Source: Lingula anatina (lineage: Eukaryota > Animalia > Brachiopoda). From it: a stretch of DNA of 64,000 nucleotides. Position numbers and translations under genes: made by a program. The notes beneath the pieces were generated by a model. The model had not been told where the DNA came from and did not search any database. It saw nothing but the letters and a program-made list of their open reading frames with translations. Location: the NCBI GenBank assembly GCA_051362555.1, contig CM120642.1, positions 15,190,001 to 15,254,000 of the forward strand, in the 5' to 3' direction. Below are positions 14,093 through 26,437 of the stretch, one piece after another. Each line of letters begins with the position of its first letter. The stretch's first letter is position 1.

Positions 14093-14240
14093 CAGGCCCG
14101 TAGCCAGGGGGGGGGGGTTGCTGGAAAAAGGTCCACTCTAGGTAAAATTTGACCTAGGTACATGGGGATTATATGGTAAAAGGCCCACTTTTTCAGAAAA
14201 AGAAACCCCCCCCCCTTTGGAATTGCTGGCTACGGGCCTG
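14093..14240. mobile_element. 148-bp MITE about 190 bp upstream of the SLC22 copy 1 start codon
   Basis: Perfect TIRs CAGGCCCGTAGCCAG / CTGGCTACGGGCCTG; 5-bp TSD ATATA; same length and interior as 5028-5175 but inverted. Confidence 0.82.
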
Positions 14241-14433
14241 ATATAAGATAGCATAACAAATGTTTATGAGACCCTGTAAGACAAGTTCAACCTTTATGCT
14301 GCTTTATATTCATTTAACATATACGACGTGAGGAACTGTGGTATTTCAAATGGTGACTCTGTATACATAAATTTAACGTCTATAGTCACTACTTCCCTCA
14401 CAAAAAGATTTTTCTCCACGCCAGCGAGCAACG

Positions 14434-17400
14434 ATGGAATTCGATGATGTTCTCAAAAACGTTAACGAGTTCGGGAGGATTCAGTTAATGATGACAATAT
14501 TTTTTGGACTCACCACAGCATCGACAGCCCTACAGATGATCGTGACAGTATTTATGCAACAATCACCAGCACACAGGTAAAGTAATCACAGGGGCCTTTA
14601 CAGCTCATGGTGCACAGAGTAGACATGTGAAGCAGTGGTTTCTTCCTGGCTGTATGTGTGTAGGCCTATACGCATTCATGTTCAATATTTTGTTACATAA
14701 CTATTCTCAGTGTGTAAAGAATCTTAATAACATTATTGATGTCTGTTGTTGTTTTTTTTTTTTTTTTTTTTATATTAAAAATTAATGATTGTAAATGGAT
14801 ACTCGCACAAATAATCCCATATTATCGAGGTAGCATTTTAGCATTTGTGGCGCAGTCGTGTGGAGCATGTTTGTATATAGTAGAGATACAGTACAGCATA
14901 CTGCACGTCTACGCAGAAAACACATAGGGTTGTACAGGGAGTAGAAAGCAGCATGATAGATGCAGGTTTAGAATATGCTAATTAGCCTCCATATCTACTG
15001 TGCTGAGGTAGACAAAAAGCATTACGCTTCTGCTGCGCTGCGCTGGCACGCATTGGAAGCATCACCCGTGTTACATATTAAGTCGAATACTTCACCTGCA
15101 CACCACAGAGGCTGTTTTGATTTATATCAGAAAAATAGATAAATACCCACGCACTGCTCCACTTAGGTAGCTTTAAGGTATATCAGAAAAAATGGAATAC
15201 TTCAACAGTACACCACAGAGGGAGTTATGAGATGTATCAGAAATAAGTTTATTTCCAATTTTGACTCTGTAAAACATAACACGCGATAACAGACTTACCA
15301 TCATTTTCATATAATCAACGAGCAATATTGTACAGATGCAGAAAATTTCCAAAGTACACCTTTGCTTATATTAGTTTAATAATGAGACTGCCATTATGCA
15401 TGAAAACTGAATCTGAGAAAAAAACACTTTCATACAAAAAAAGGCATAACTTCATCAAAGCTAATATATATTAGTCCTATGAATCAGTCCTGTAAGTTTT
15501 AAAGCAAAATATGACACAGTTTTTATGTTATCTGTATATTCATTTAAATTTCCAATAGCAAGCAAACGTTTTGAAAGGTGTAATAGGCATATCAGTTGCA
15601 CAATTTGCAAGTAAATAAATCCATGCCGACCAGGGCGTGAGATCGTCGACCGTGACAAATAATAGTGTTTTGTCTGATGAGGCCGCGGATTTTTCAAATG
15701 CGTCAGATAGCGGTGTTCTTTCAGCATCGGTCTGTGTGAATTTGCCCATTTTTGCGGTGAGAGTGAATTGCAAGATAAACGTACTCGCGTTTTTGGATAG
15801 CAGGTCAACGCTTATTTTTTTTAATATTACAGCTCTTGGTTTCTGCTCTTTGCCTTGATACTAAGGATGACGTGCAATGTTGGCTACGTACTCTTGACGG
15901 TTCAAGGTCTATTAAGTCCTCTGTTGCTTCATTTGACGCACCATTTATCAAATGTGTTAGTTGTTCCAGTTAAACAAGTCCAAGCAAATCAACCTATCAA
16001 TATGCCAGTTTTCCCTCATCTATCTGGTATTTTTCTTTTTCAGATTAGTGCGCGGTCCCAAGCTCATTTAATTATAGGCATGGAAAATGCACATTTTATC
16101 GCACCGCTTAAAGTACGCATTGATCAAGAGAAACATGTTATAGTATATTTGGCGCTTATCGAAAAATTTTAATTTTTAAAACTAATTTATGCTTCAGATG
16201 TGCCATTCCAGGCCTGTCGAATGACACTTTTGAACTCCAAGATGCTTGGCACCAATATCTTATCAACCAAACCATTCCTGTAGACGAGAATGGGGAGTAT
16301 GAGGGATGTCTGTGGCGTAGTGGAAATGATTCAAGAAACAGTAGTGTCTTGTCGTGTAATGAATGGGTTTATGACACATCTGTATTCCCGAGAACGTTTC
16401 CTACGGAGGCGAGTCCTTGCACAATGCAATATCGATATTTCACTTAATGAGGCAGTTTGTTATCTGTAGAGATTTGGCACTGACTAGGATACAAGACTGG
16501 TTATCTTACAGCAAATCTTTACGACGCCACACGCCTATTTTACAATATAGTCATTTTCCAAGTGTAATAAGCTTATTGTGTTGTTCCCTTTTATAATCCC
16601 GAAGCTTCCCTGGAAGCTGTAGAAGTAAAGAATGATTTAAAAAATCATTTCTATTTCAGTTTGATCTACTTTGTGACAGTTCCTTTCTTATTAACATGGC
16701 GAACGTGGTTTATCTAGTAGGAGTGGCTGTGGGGGCAACTGGCGGGGGCCTTGCAGCAGACTAGTAAGGACGTGTAGCTTGAAAAAAGATTGGTCTATAG
16801 ACGTCATTTCAAATCTAAACTAGTAAAATGTTATCTCTGTTGTTTCAAAATGATTTGTTGAAAATTTACCACAGAGTCCACTAGTAATCAGTAACAAAAT
16901 TATTTTATCAGACTGTTCTTCAATTTTGTATACTATTTTAGATACCCATGTGATTTCAGAGGATACACTTGGATATAGACAAGCAAACATGAAGATTTTA
17001 ATCGTTCTTGCTGTGATCTATATTACGTATTTCCTTAGTGGAGGTACTTACATTTTCGTTGCTGATTGTGTTTGTATGGTAAAACAGAGCTTTACTTAGA
17101 TTCAGTTTTTGGTATTAAATGCGATTTTTCTGCAAAAATAAACTGAAGTTCTTTTTTCCAGCATTGGCCGTAAGTTGGTTTCTTTCATCGCCTGCTTGAT
17201 CCATGGGGTTGCAGGGATAGGGGCTGCATTTTCACCTAACTACGGAGCTTATGTCGCATTCCGGTGCTTTGTTGGCACCTGCCACGGCGTCTTGAACAAT
17301 ACTGTCATTGTTCTTTGTAAGTAATTGTTCGAACACCTCCGCTAATTTTGTACTGGTCATATCCCTTTAGCGGTTAACGAGGGTGCAATATTGTGGCAAT

Positions 17401-20400
17401 CGGTGATTTTTTTTCCATTTGGCGTTTCATTCGATGTTATCATTGTTGACAACAGCCATGAAAGGCAGAAGTTTGTAAGCGCGCAACCTCCCCACTGGTT
17501 CTTTTGAAATATGTTACATGAAGCCTCCTATGAGTCTACTCTATTTTCCCACATCTTGGCAACCCCACTTACGCTGGGAATTCTATTCTAACAAAGCTTG
17601 CCAAGAAATTAAATGCCCAATGGTTCTATATAGGCCATTTTGAAGTATTTCATGTGAAACTTGAATCAACGGGTCCCGGTTTGTCTCATGGCCCTCCTTT
17701 TATTGGTGGAGGGCAGACCAGATCCGCCATTTTCTTTTGGTAAGGGTAGGGCGTTAATCTACCCCTCACACACACACACACACACACACACGCGCACACA
17801 CACACATTACTATGGATCCATCAGTTAATTTATGCATTTTTATTTGAAAACATAAATTATGCATGTAAGTCAACTTGGAAGAAAGTGACAAATTTCATGC
17901 ATTCACCTTTTAAAGCTTGTTCTGAGAACAACCATTGCAGTACCAACTTGTCGACGTCAAATTTGCGACAGATATTATGCAGAGCACTTTTTGTCCCAAA
18001 ACTGGCAGAATTTTACAATTGGAGTTTTTTAATCGATAAAATGATATATTTTAAAAAACTTTCCTTATTTTCAGGTATGGAGTTTGTGTCGCCGAAAAAA
18101 CGAATAATAACCCTGTGCACGTCAGCTTTTTCATGGGGCACAGGTATCCTCTTGGCAACCCCGGCAGCTTATCTTATACGGGACTGGAGATATTTACAGT
18201 TAGCTGTTGCCTTACCATCAGTTATTTACCTACTATTCTGGCGGTAGGTCCTCCTTTATATGTAATTTGACGTATGGTATCACAGGTGGAGACAGAATTT
18301 TCCTTAGAGCCCGAGGTCAGCAAAATGTTGCTTCGCTATCACTCAAATCGCATATATTCCGAAAGTAGAAAAAAGTCTCTCTCTCTTTCTCTCTCTCTCG
18401 ATCTCGAGAGAGAGAGAGAGAGAGAGAGAGACTTTTTTCTACTTTCGGAATATATATATAACTTTACAGGATAATCCCAGAATCCCCTCGCTGGCTCATC
18501 TCAAGGGGTAAATACGTGGAAGCCGAAAGCGTGGTGCGATGGGTGGCTGAGGTAAATAAAGCAGCTCTGCCTGAGGGACAATTGTTTGACGAACATTCTT
18601 TACGAAGCACACCGACTTTAAGTCCTCTAAAACTCCGTAAAGCACCGAAGCTTATCGTGAGGACGGTGATTATATCATTTGCATGGTATGTTGCTATTTC
18701 TTTGTGTAATCATCAATAGTTCGTTTAACATGTTTATATCTTCATAAAATTCAATCATAAATAATTTACTGTTTTTCACCGTTTATTAAACCTAATTTTC
18801 AAGTTTGTGACGTTGGTGTTTAGTCAGATTATTTGGTTTTAGAGTATTTTCAAGCCCACGCTGCCCAAGGCCAATTCCTAACTACCTCCTAACTGTGACT
18901 TCTCACCTAGTTATTCCATATGTGAACTCCTAAAGTTCATCTTCATGGCGTGCAATGACTCGATTAAATGAAAACTATTCGTGCATCATAGCTTAAAGTT
19001 GACAAACATATCCGAGGACACAGGGGTGCCGTGTATCTGTATAAGAGAAACAAGGTCAAATAAATAACTTTGAAATGAATGAACAGTGTTCCATGGAATG
19101 GACTAACAACAAACAACTATGAAAAATGAGTTAACACACGCATAACAGCTATAAAATCTCCCTAAAATGTAAAGCCAAATAACCCTACGTTTTACACCCA
19201 AACCCACTAGAGAGGTTCAAATAAGGTCACAGGCATGCACTTAAAATAGTGTATTTAGTGCACAGATTAGAACCTATGTTTGGTAAAGCCACTTCACATG
19301 AAAAAAATGCGTATCAAAGTTTCACTGTCCTAGAACCATGAATAATAAAAAATAATACATCGTCTTAACCCAAGTAAGGATCATACGGTTCTGTCACAAA
19401 CGTAAAACTTCGGCTGCGGAAGCGTTTTGCTCACTTAAAAAATCCAGTCAGCACTGGTTTTGTTTTTTTTTAGTTCCTTTCCTACAAGTATAACACGGTA
19501 ATCTTCTGTATGGAGCGTTTTTTCCGCGATTTTAGTTTATTTGTCACTATGTATCATAAAATGAAAACATGCAGCCCACTGACAGTAAAAAAAAGGCATT
19601 ACATGAACTATTTGTTATTCGTGGTGTAAATTTATGTCAGAAATGTCAAACTACACACGAAAGATGTTTCTGTTGACTACATTTCCACTAAGTGTTTGGA
19701 CAGGTATGAATTTTTTTCGAACATTTTTCAGGGGAACATACGTTACGTTCGTTTTAGCCATGACCAAAGCCCACCACCCCCCACCCCCCACCCCCAGAGT
19801 TAGAGATGAAATTTTATAAAAGCATCCTTACGTCAGCTACAATTTACAATGACGGAATCACCATATCATACATTGGAACAAGATACAAAAAAATTAAATG
19901 TATGTCCCGGAACACACGTTACCGGAACATACGTTACAAAAATTTCCCTTTATTGCTTCTTACTAGTCCATAATAATAGACCACGACAGATTATACATGT
20001 GAATTTTTGTTCTGTACACTCACACGTTTTAAATGATTAAATACAACTTTGAATTCATTAGTTTTAAATTTCTGATTATCTTAGACTTGTGACATTTCAG
20101 CTTGTGAAATGCACCTCTATATTGGGTCTGGGTGTTAAACGATCATCAAACTCATCGTGGTTAAAAATATATAGCGTTTACTTTGTTTTTCTTGTATGTT
20201 CTCTTATAGGCTAACCGTTGGTGTGTCATGGTATGGCCTAACGCTGAATCAAGGTTCCTTAGACGGTGACATCTTCATCAATGCTCTCGTTTTGGCTCTA
20301 ATCGATTTTATCGCCGCCTTCTCGTTGCTGATCATCAATAGAATTGGAAGAAAAAAAACCTTCTGTGCTGCCATGATGATATCTGCATTGGCTATGTTGT

Positions 20401-21811
20401 CGACTATACTGATGCATTTCTTTGCAAACAAGGGTATATGAAGATGTAGAAAATGTAGAAAAAATAAGATAGGCCTACAAATTGTGTTGAGTATTTAAGC
20501 GAGGGGACCAAATACCTTAATTTGCGCATATTAACCCGTGACTACTCTCTTTTCTTGTTCTACCGGGTTAACTCTTGCAATATTACTTGTTTATTTTACT
20601 AATTTCTGTCTAAAGTTAATTATTTTTAACGTACATCAGTAATATTTTAGCCAATATTGATCCATTGGTCATTTACTTGCATTAACAGTGCAACTCGTTA
20701 TTTGTTGTGCATCACAGTCAAGTTTAATTAAGATGTGTTAACTTTGTCTGCACAATTAGACAGTCCTAATATATAAGTGGCAATTGGCATATACCAGTAG
20801 TATCAACACTTGTGTGCTTGAATGTACCTGTAAGCGTTAACATTGCCTCTTGCGTTCCAGACAATTCCACAACCAGTACAACCTTTACAACTTTGTACAC
20901 AATTGGGAAACTAGGCGTCAGTTGTAGCTTCAACCTTCTTTTCATGTGGAACGGAGAGTTCTATCCAACAGCCTTGCGAAACTTTGGGCTTGGTATAGGA
21001 TGTGCATTTGGTCGTCTTGGGGCAGTGATTTCACCGATTGTGATGGTATGCTGTTTATTCTTTGTTACTTTGTCAGGTCTATCATACAGGAAGCTCAATT
21101 ACAGATAACCCTTTCAATCACGAACAGGCAGTGTCTTCATAAGTTTTCTCCCCTTTTACAGTGTACGCATTGTCTCGACCCGGCACCCCCCCCCCCCCCA
21201 TCCCAATTTGTTAATCTTTTTAATAGTAATGTTCTGTTAAGGGCTTTTGGTTAACTACGTAACATTTTTGTCTTTTCTTTTCTTTGCTCTATTTTATTTC
21301 ATTTTATTTATTCATTAATATTTTATTTTAATAAAATTTAAAAATAATATTTAAAATTAAACAAAATCAGATATTGTAAAACTTTCAAACACCTTTTGAC
21401 GGCAGAGGTTGTTATTTTTTTCTTTTTTTCAAGTAAAAAATAGCAGTTCTAATAGTAAGATGGAGAAGCATCTGTCGCCATCGGTTTTCTCTGTTAAAGT
21501 CTTTCGTTTTGCATTGAATGTGTTCTACATTGAACATGATCATCTTATACCAGCGTTAATTGAAACCTTGAACTCTTGGTAGGACCAGCTAAGAGAACAC
21601 CCTTACCTCGGTAACACTATTCCAATGATGCTGTTTGGCTGTATGACATTGGTTTCCTCATTGAGCGGTCTGTATCTTCCCGAAACAGCCCATAAACACC
21701 TGCCGGAGACTTTGGAGGATGCCGAGAACTTTGGAGTTAAACGGTTTGTATCTATATATAACTCTCTCATTCACTCCCCATTGTTTGGCTCGCCCCCTCT
21801 CTCTTGCTTCA

Positions 21812-21852
<41 letters not shown>

Positions 21853-22131
21853 AACACTAATGCACACGCGTGCGCATGCATACGACTACACAGTCACTTT
21901 ATGGAGACTTCAAAACAAAAGTGTTACACTTTGTCCCTACATAAAAGAGAAGAATTTTGCTCAATATTTCAAGTGCTATAGCTACTTCCAATACAGTTTT
22001 GTAAGTAGATTGTAATAGCAAAATAACGTAACATCGATGTTAAAAACGGATATGTTTATTTCAGGAGGAAGACGGACATCAACAAAAACTCAAGTGAGAA
22101 TGCCCCATCGACATTGGAAATGGTTTCTTAA
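14434..22131 (+). CDS. SLC22: SLC22-family organic ion transporter (MFS), tandem copy 1, 544 aa, 10 exons
   Basis: Exons 14434-14576, 16198-16408 (GC donor), 16660-16763, 17162-17316, 18075-18243, 18470-18685, 20210-20433, 20861-21045, 21583-21743, 22065-22131; total 1635 nt in an open frame. Motifs: MEFDDVL..EFGRIQ, HRC..C..C.EWVYD..F.LLC (four-Cys extracellular domain), [38 protein letters not shown]. Confidence 0.93.
15086..15243. repeat. Degenerate minisatellite, about 55-bp unit x ~3
   Basis: Three units of the form AATAC(T/C)..CACCACAGAGG...TATCAGAAA in intron 1 of copy 1. Confidence 0.6.
18352..18455. repeat. Near-perfect 104-nt palindrome in intron 5 of SLC22 copy 1
   Basis: ATATATTCCGAAAGTAGAAAAAAGT(CT)nCGA-TC-TCG(AG)nACTTTTTTCTACTTTCGGAATATAT; arms of about 50 nt with a 2-nt loop. 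Confidence 0.92.
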
Positions 22132-23079
22132 GTCCGACAACCACAAAATGATGTGTACTGGTTTTGTAGCAATTTTGTTCCTTTGGATCAGTGAGGCCTG
22201 ATATGTTCTATATCAAAATTTTAAAGAAATGTGGAAAGAAAGAATGGGAACAAACTGAACCGTGCATTTTAACGGATTTTCGATAATGATTTTCGATAAT
22301 GGGTGGTAACTCATTTATATTTATACAAGCGCTTCCTTGGTATAATAAGAATTTCTTTACAAATAGGCATACGCTTCAATACGACCATTACTGGATAAAA
22401 TATTAAATGCCTTGGCTGCCTATAATACTCTATACAGAAATATTCAACCCAAAACACAAGAAGAAGATGCTAGATTTCAATTAATTCATTAATTCACCTA
22501 CTGTTGATCGCAGAAGGTAGCACAAGAGAGTTGCGTTATACAATTTAACTGCAACTGAACGCCACTGCTTTTATGATACGTCATATGCATTTTGATTATT
22601 TTATTCTATTTATTTCGCCATGTGATTATTCGATTATTTTTTACTTTTATTTCATATTACTATATGCATGTATACGACACTGATAACCCGCAACAACTAG
22701 GCCAGTTATTGTCAATTATTTGGAGGGACTCAGAGTCCAAACGAACATTGATTTGGTTTTTTGTTCAAATTAATTCACCTTTTCATGTTGTCCCCTTTAA
22801 CGCAAATGTCCTGAGCTGTATTATGCCTTCCATCGATGTTAGTGTTTAAACACACGTGCTGACATAAGCATACAGGTAAACAGTGAAGATGCAACTGTAC
22901 AGAGACCCAGTACTTAACGGTGACTCCTAACGAGATAAGAGCGGGTGGTAAACTGACACTTAATTAATTCACACAGTGAAAAACTGAACGACAGAATTAT
23001 TTGTTTTCTAATACTTACACTTTATTGTAAGTCTAGCTATAAATTATTGGTCTTTGTATACTTGAAAATACTAAGTTTG

Positions 23080-23119
<40 letters not shown>

Positions 23120-23272
23120 GTATTTAACCTAGTGAGCTGAAAAATTAAAAACCATATGTTCCGTATGAGTTTCTTGTACGAACTCTATTACATCGTTCTT
23201 AAACTATTTAATAAAATTGCATCGGGAATAAACAACGGACACCAACCTTTGAGCTTCTTTAACTTCCTTCAA

Positions 23273-23322
23273 TTTATCTGATATGCGTGAATGACATCGG
23301 ACGTACAACAACCAGTGTCAAG
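23273..23322 (+). promoter_or_regulatory. Conserved proximal upstream block of SLC22 copies 2-6 (GATA- and ETS-like sites)
   Basis: TTTATCTGA(T/C)ATG..GAATG.C.TCGGAAGT.CAAC.AC.AGTGTCAA occurs about 60-110 nt before the ATG at ~23273, 32844, 39681, 49662 and 58253. It contains TTATCT (GATA, reverse strand) and CGGAAGT (ETS core; CGGACGT in copy 2). Function is inferred only. Confidence 0.4.
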
Positions 23323-23383
23323 TATTTCGTCGCAGCTGAAACGTTGACACACACGGATTAATCAGCAGACAAACGGTATAGTG

Positions 23384-26300
23384 ATGGAATTTGATGATGT
23401 GGTCCGACGCGTTGGAGAATTTGGGAGGATTCAGCTTCGGACGACAATATTTAGTGGTCTAGTGACAATGTCGACAACCATGCAAATGATGGTAACAGTC
23501 TTCATGCAGCAATTACCGACGCATAGGTAAAATACTTGTCAAATGACATTGGTTTTAGCTTAGCCTTTTCATATGCGCAAAAAAGATGTGGCTTGCTCTA
23601 TTGTCTAACAACTACGAATATATCTAGGCCTACTTTAAAAAGGGCGTTTATGTATGTTTTTCCCCTGTACATGGTTGTTTTGATCTATTTACCTGTAAAG
23701 TTTTCGACGAAATTAATGCCCATAAAATTGGAAGAATAGCAGTGGGTATTGATGATGGGACGAACAGTGAAAATTTTCTTCAGCTGTGCGTTTCACAGTG
23801 CTATCTGCAAACTTTGTTTACACAGACTTGATCTTCGCGATAGGGTTTATTGATGTAGTTCATAGGTTCATAGATTTCTTGTCGCTTTAGACATGGTGTT
23901 GCTTATCGTAACACATATAAAACTTCCGATGACCTCATAAGTTACAGAATGAAGCCAAATTTACAGGTATGTCAAATAATCCCCAAGCTGTCAGGAATGC
24001 TGTTTTTGTTGATGTTAAAATCGGGCCCACATGAGATGCCAACATAGAAGCAAATGGGGAGGACTCCGTCTTGACTAGAATCATCACGGTTGTTATCAAA
24101 CATTTCATACTGGTTCGAAACTATTTCGTTTTTTTTTTTTTTTTTCATTGTTAAAATATATCGTAATAATTCATTTTTTAACTTAACAGTGCAATCATAG
24201 CCAATATTTAATTCAAGACTTATAATGAGATTTGTAATATCTCAACAAACTATATGAAAAAGTGAATACGTCTAGGATACGCATTTTATAAAACGTATAA
24301 TGTACGCCGATTAACAATTCATGTTTTTAGGTGCGCCATTCCAGACCTGGCAAATGACACCTTTGGAATCCAGGGTACCTGGCACCAACATCTTATCAAC
24401 CAAACCATTCCTGTTGACGAGAATGGGGAGTATGAGGGATGTCTGTGGCGTAGTGGAAATGATTCCGGGAATGGTAGTGTGTTGCCGTGCAAGGACTGGG
24501 TTTATGATACATCTGTATTCCCGAGAACGTTTCCTACAGAAGTGTGTAGTTCATTGGTTTATTGTTGTAATATACCGTGCTAAGCTGTGATTTTGTTCTA
24601 CACTGTATGACACAGAATCTATAAAATAATTTGGCACGGGTTTATTATGCATAACAGTGCCAAAGCCAAGTTCAAAAAGTTGAAATGGGAATCTACGTAC
24701 AACATGCTTAATCCAAGATGTGACAGAAAAACAACTTGTGTTGATACAATGAGAAATCACAATAAGAAATCATAACAGCCTTTGAAAAGGTAAATATCCA
24801 TCTAAACCATGAAAACAGGGCGGGAGATTTATTTCAAAAAGAAATTAAATACCGGTACTTGCATTGGGTACCAATTAAAAAACTTAATACCTGTATAAGT
24901 GTATATGCGGTGTACAAGGCCATAACATATTGATTGAAATTGATCCAGAAATTAATTGAATTGATTTGAGATGAATGGATAATCTCTGTTTTTTATTTTC
25001 AGTTTGGCCTATTTTGTGACAGTTCCTTGCTAATAAATATGGTAAACGTGGTCTATCTAGCAGGAGTGGCCGTGGGGGCCATTGTCGGTGGTTTAGCAGC
25101 AGACTAGTAAGAATGCCCTTTGGTAATTTATTTAAGTACATATAGGGTGTCAATATTCAATGAAATCAGCTACACTATTTTGGACCTTTTAGATCAGTCA
25201 ATTTATATTTGCCTTAATAATCATAGGACATTGTTCAAATAAACTTGGGGGCCGCATTGCAGGGAGCTGGCAATTAAATCTCGGAGCCTTGATTTAATCC
25301 GTTTAATGGCGCGTATGGAGGCGGGGATACATAGCGGATTAATTGCCTCTTCTTTCCCGTAGGATCCGCCATATTTGATCCGTGGAACAGTAGATCTACG
25401 GATATATTGTTCTGAATGGGCTCTCGGAGACGAATTATTATCATACCAACATTTTCTGCTCACATAAGATATTGGGTTCTTTTTTCTCAACCAACGGGAT
25501 ATTATCTTTTTTTTTTAGTGGTATTTTAGGCATTAGGAATTTATCAACCGCTCAAATGTGTGTCATAAAATAGTTGTCACAGATGAAAAATCAAAATAAT
25601 TGAAAGGGGCACTTCCTTGAATTTTTTAATTAATTTAAATTCACGCATAAATTTTGTTGTTGAAATTTTAATGTTGAAAAGTTTGCCAAACTAAAAAAAT
25701 GATAAGTTGTTTCAATGAACATACTAAAAAGAATGATGTCCATCCCCCAGGCATTAAATTTTACGAAACATTTAACGAGCATTAATCAAATACTTTATGT
25801 CAGTTAGTAATATTCCATTTTTAGTTGACTACAAAAAGCCGGTAAAATATTCCCAAAGATCTAACCACTCTTGTGCATGCCAGTGACATATACAGTAACG
25901 GTAGCCCACGGAAGAAACTGTGTTAACAGTACTGGTAGCTGTTACCAAATATTGAAAACTAAGGTTGTTTAATTCTTTTATAAAAGAACTAGTATCAAAA
26001 CAGATAGATAAAATTATGCTAAACTTTCTTTTCTACCGGTTTGTTTATTTCCCTATCGGTATTAATTATAAAAAGATGTAAACTTCACTTTATTGTTTTC
26101 GAAGAATTTATTTAAATAGTTGACTAGGTTTAGTGGTATATTTAGACTCCATAATAGGGATACACCTTTTTACTTTTTCTGTTTACAGTATTGGCCGCAA
26201 GTGGGTATCTTTCATTGCCTGTTTGATACATGGCGTCGGAGGATTGGGAGCCGCTTTCTCACCTAACTACAGGGCTTATGTTGCATTCCGTTTCTTCGTG

Positions 26301-26397
26301 GGCAGCTGTCACGGCATTCTTAACAACTCGGTCGTGGTTCTGAGTAAGAGACAACACACACACACACGAGACAACACACACACACACGCACACACAC

Positions 26398-26437
<40 letters not shown>

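Noticed and set aside
15086-15243. Repeat-spacer-like pattern resembling a CRISPR array
   Set aside because: Eukaryotic intron, whole units are homologous (no unique spacers) and no cas genes; a degenerate minisatellite.
18990-19960. Probable nested repeat fragments in intron 6 of copy 1 (e.g. GGAACATACGTTAC repeated)
   Set aside because: Likely TE relics, but neither ends nor family could be defined from the sequence.
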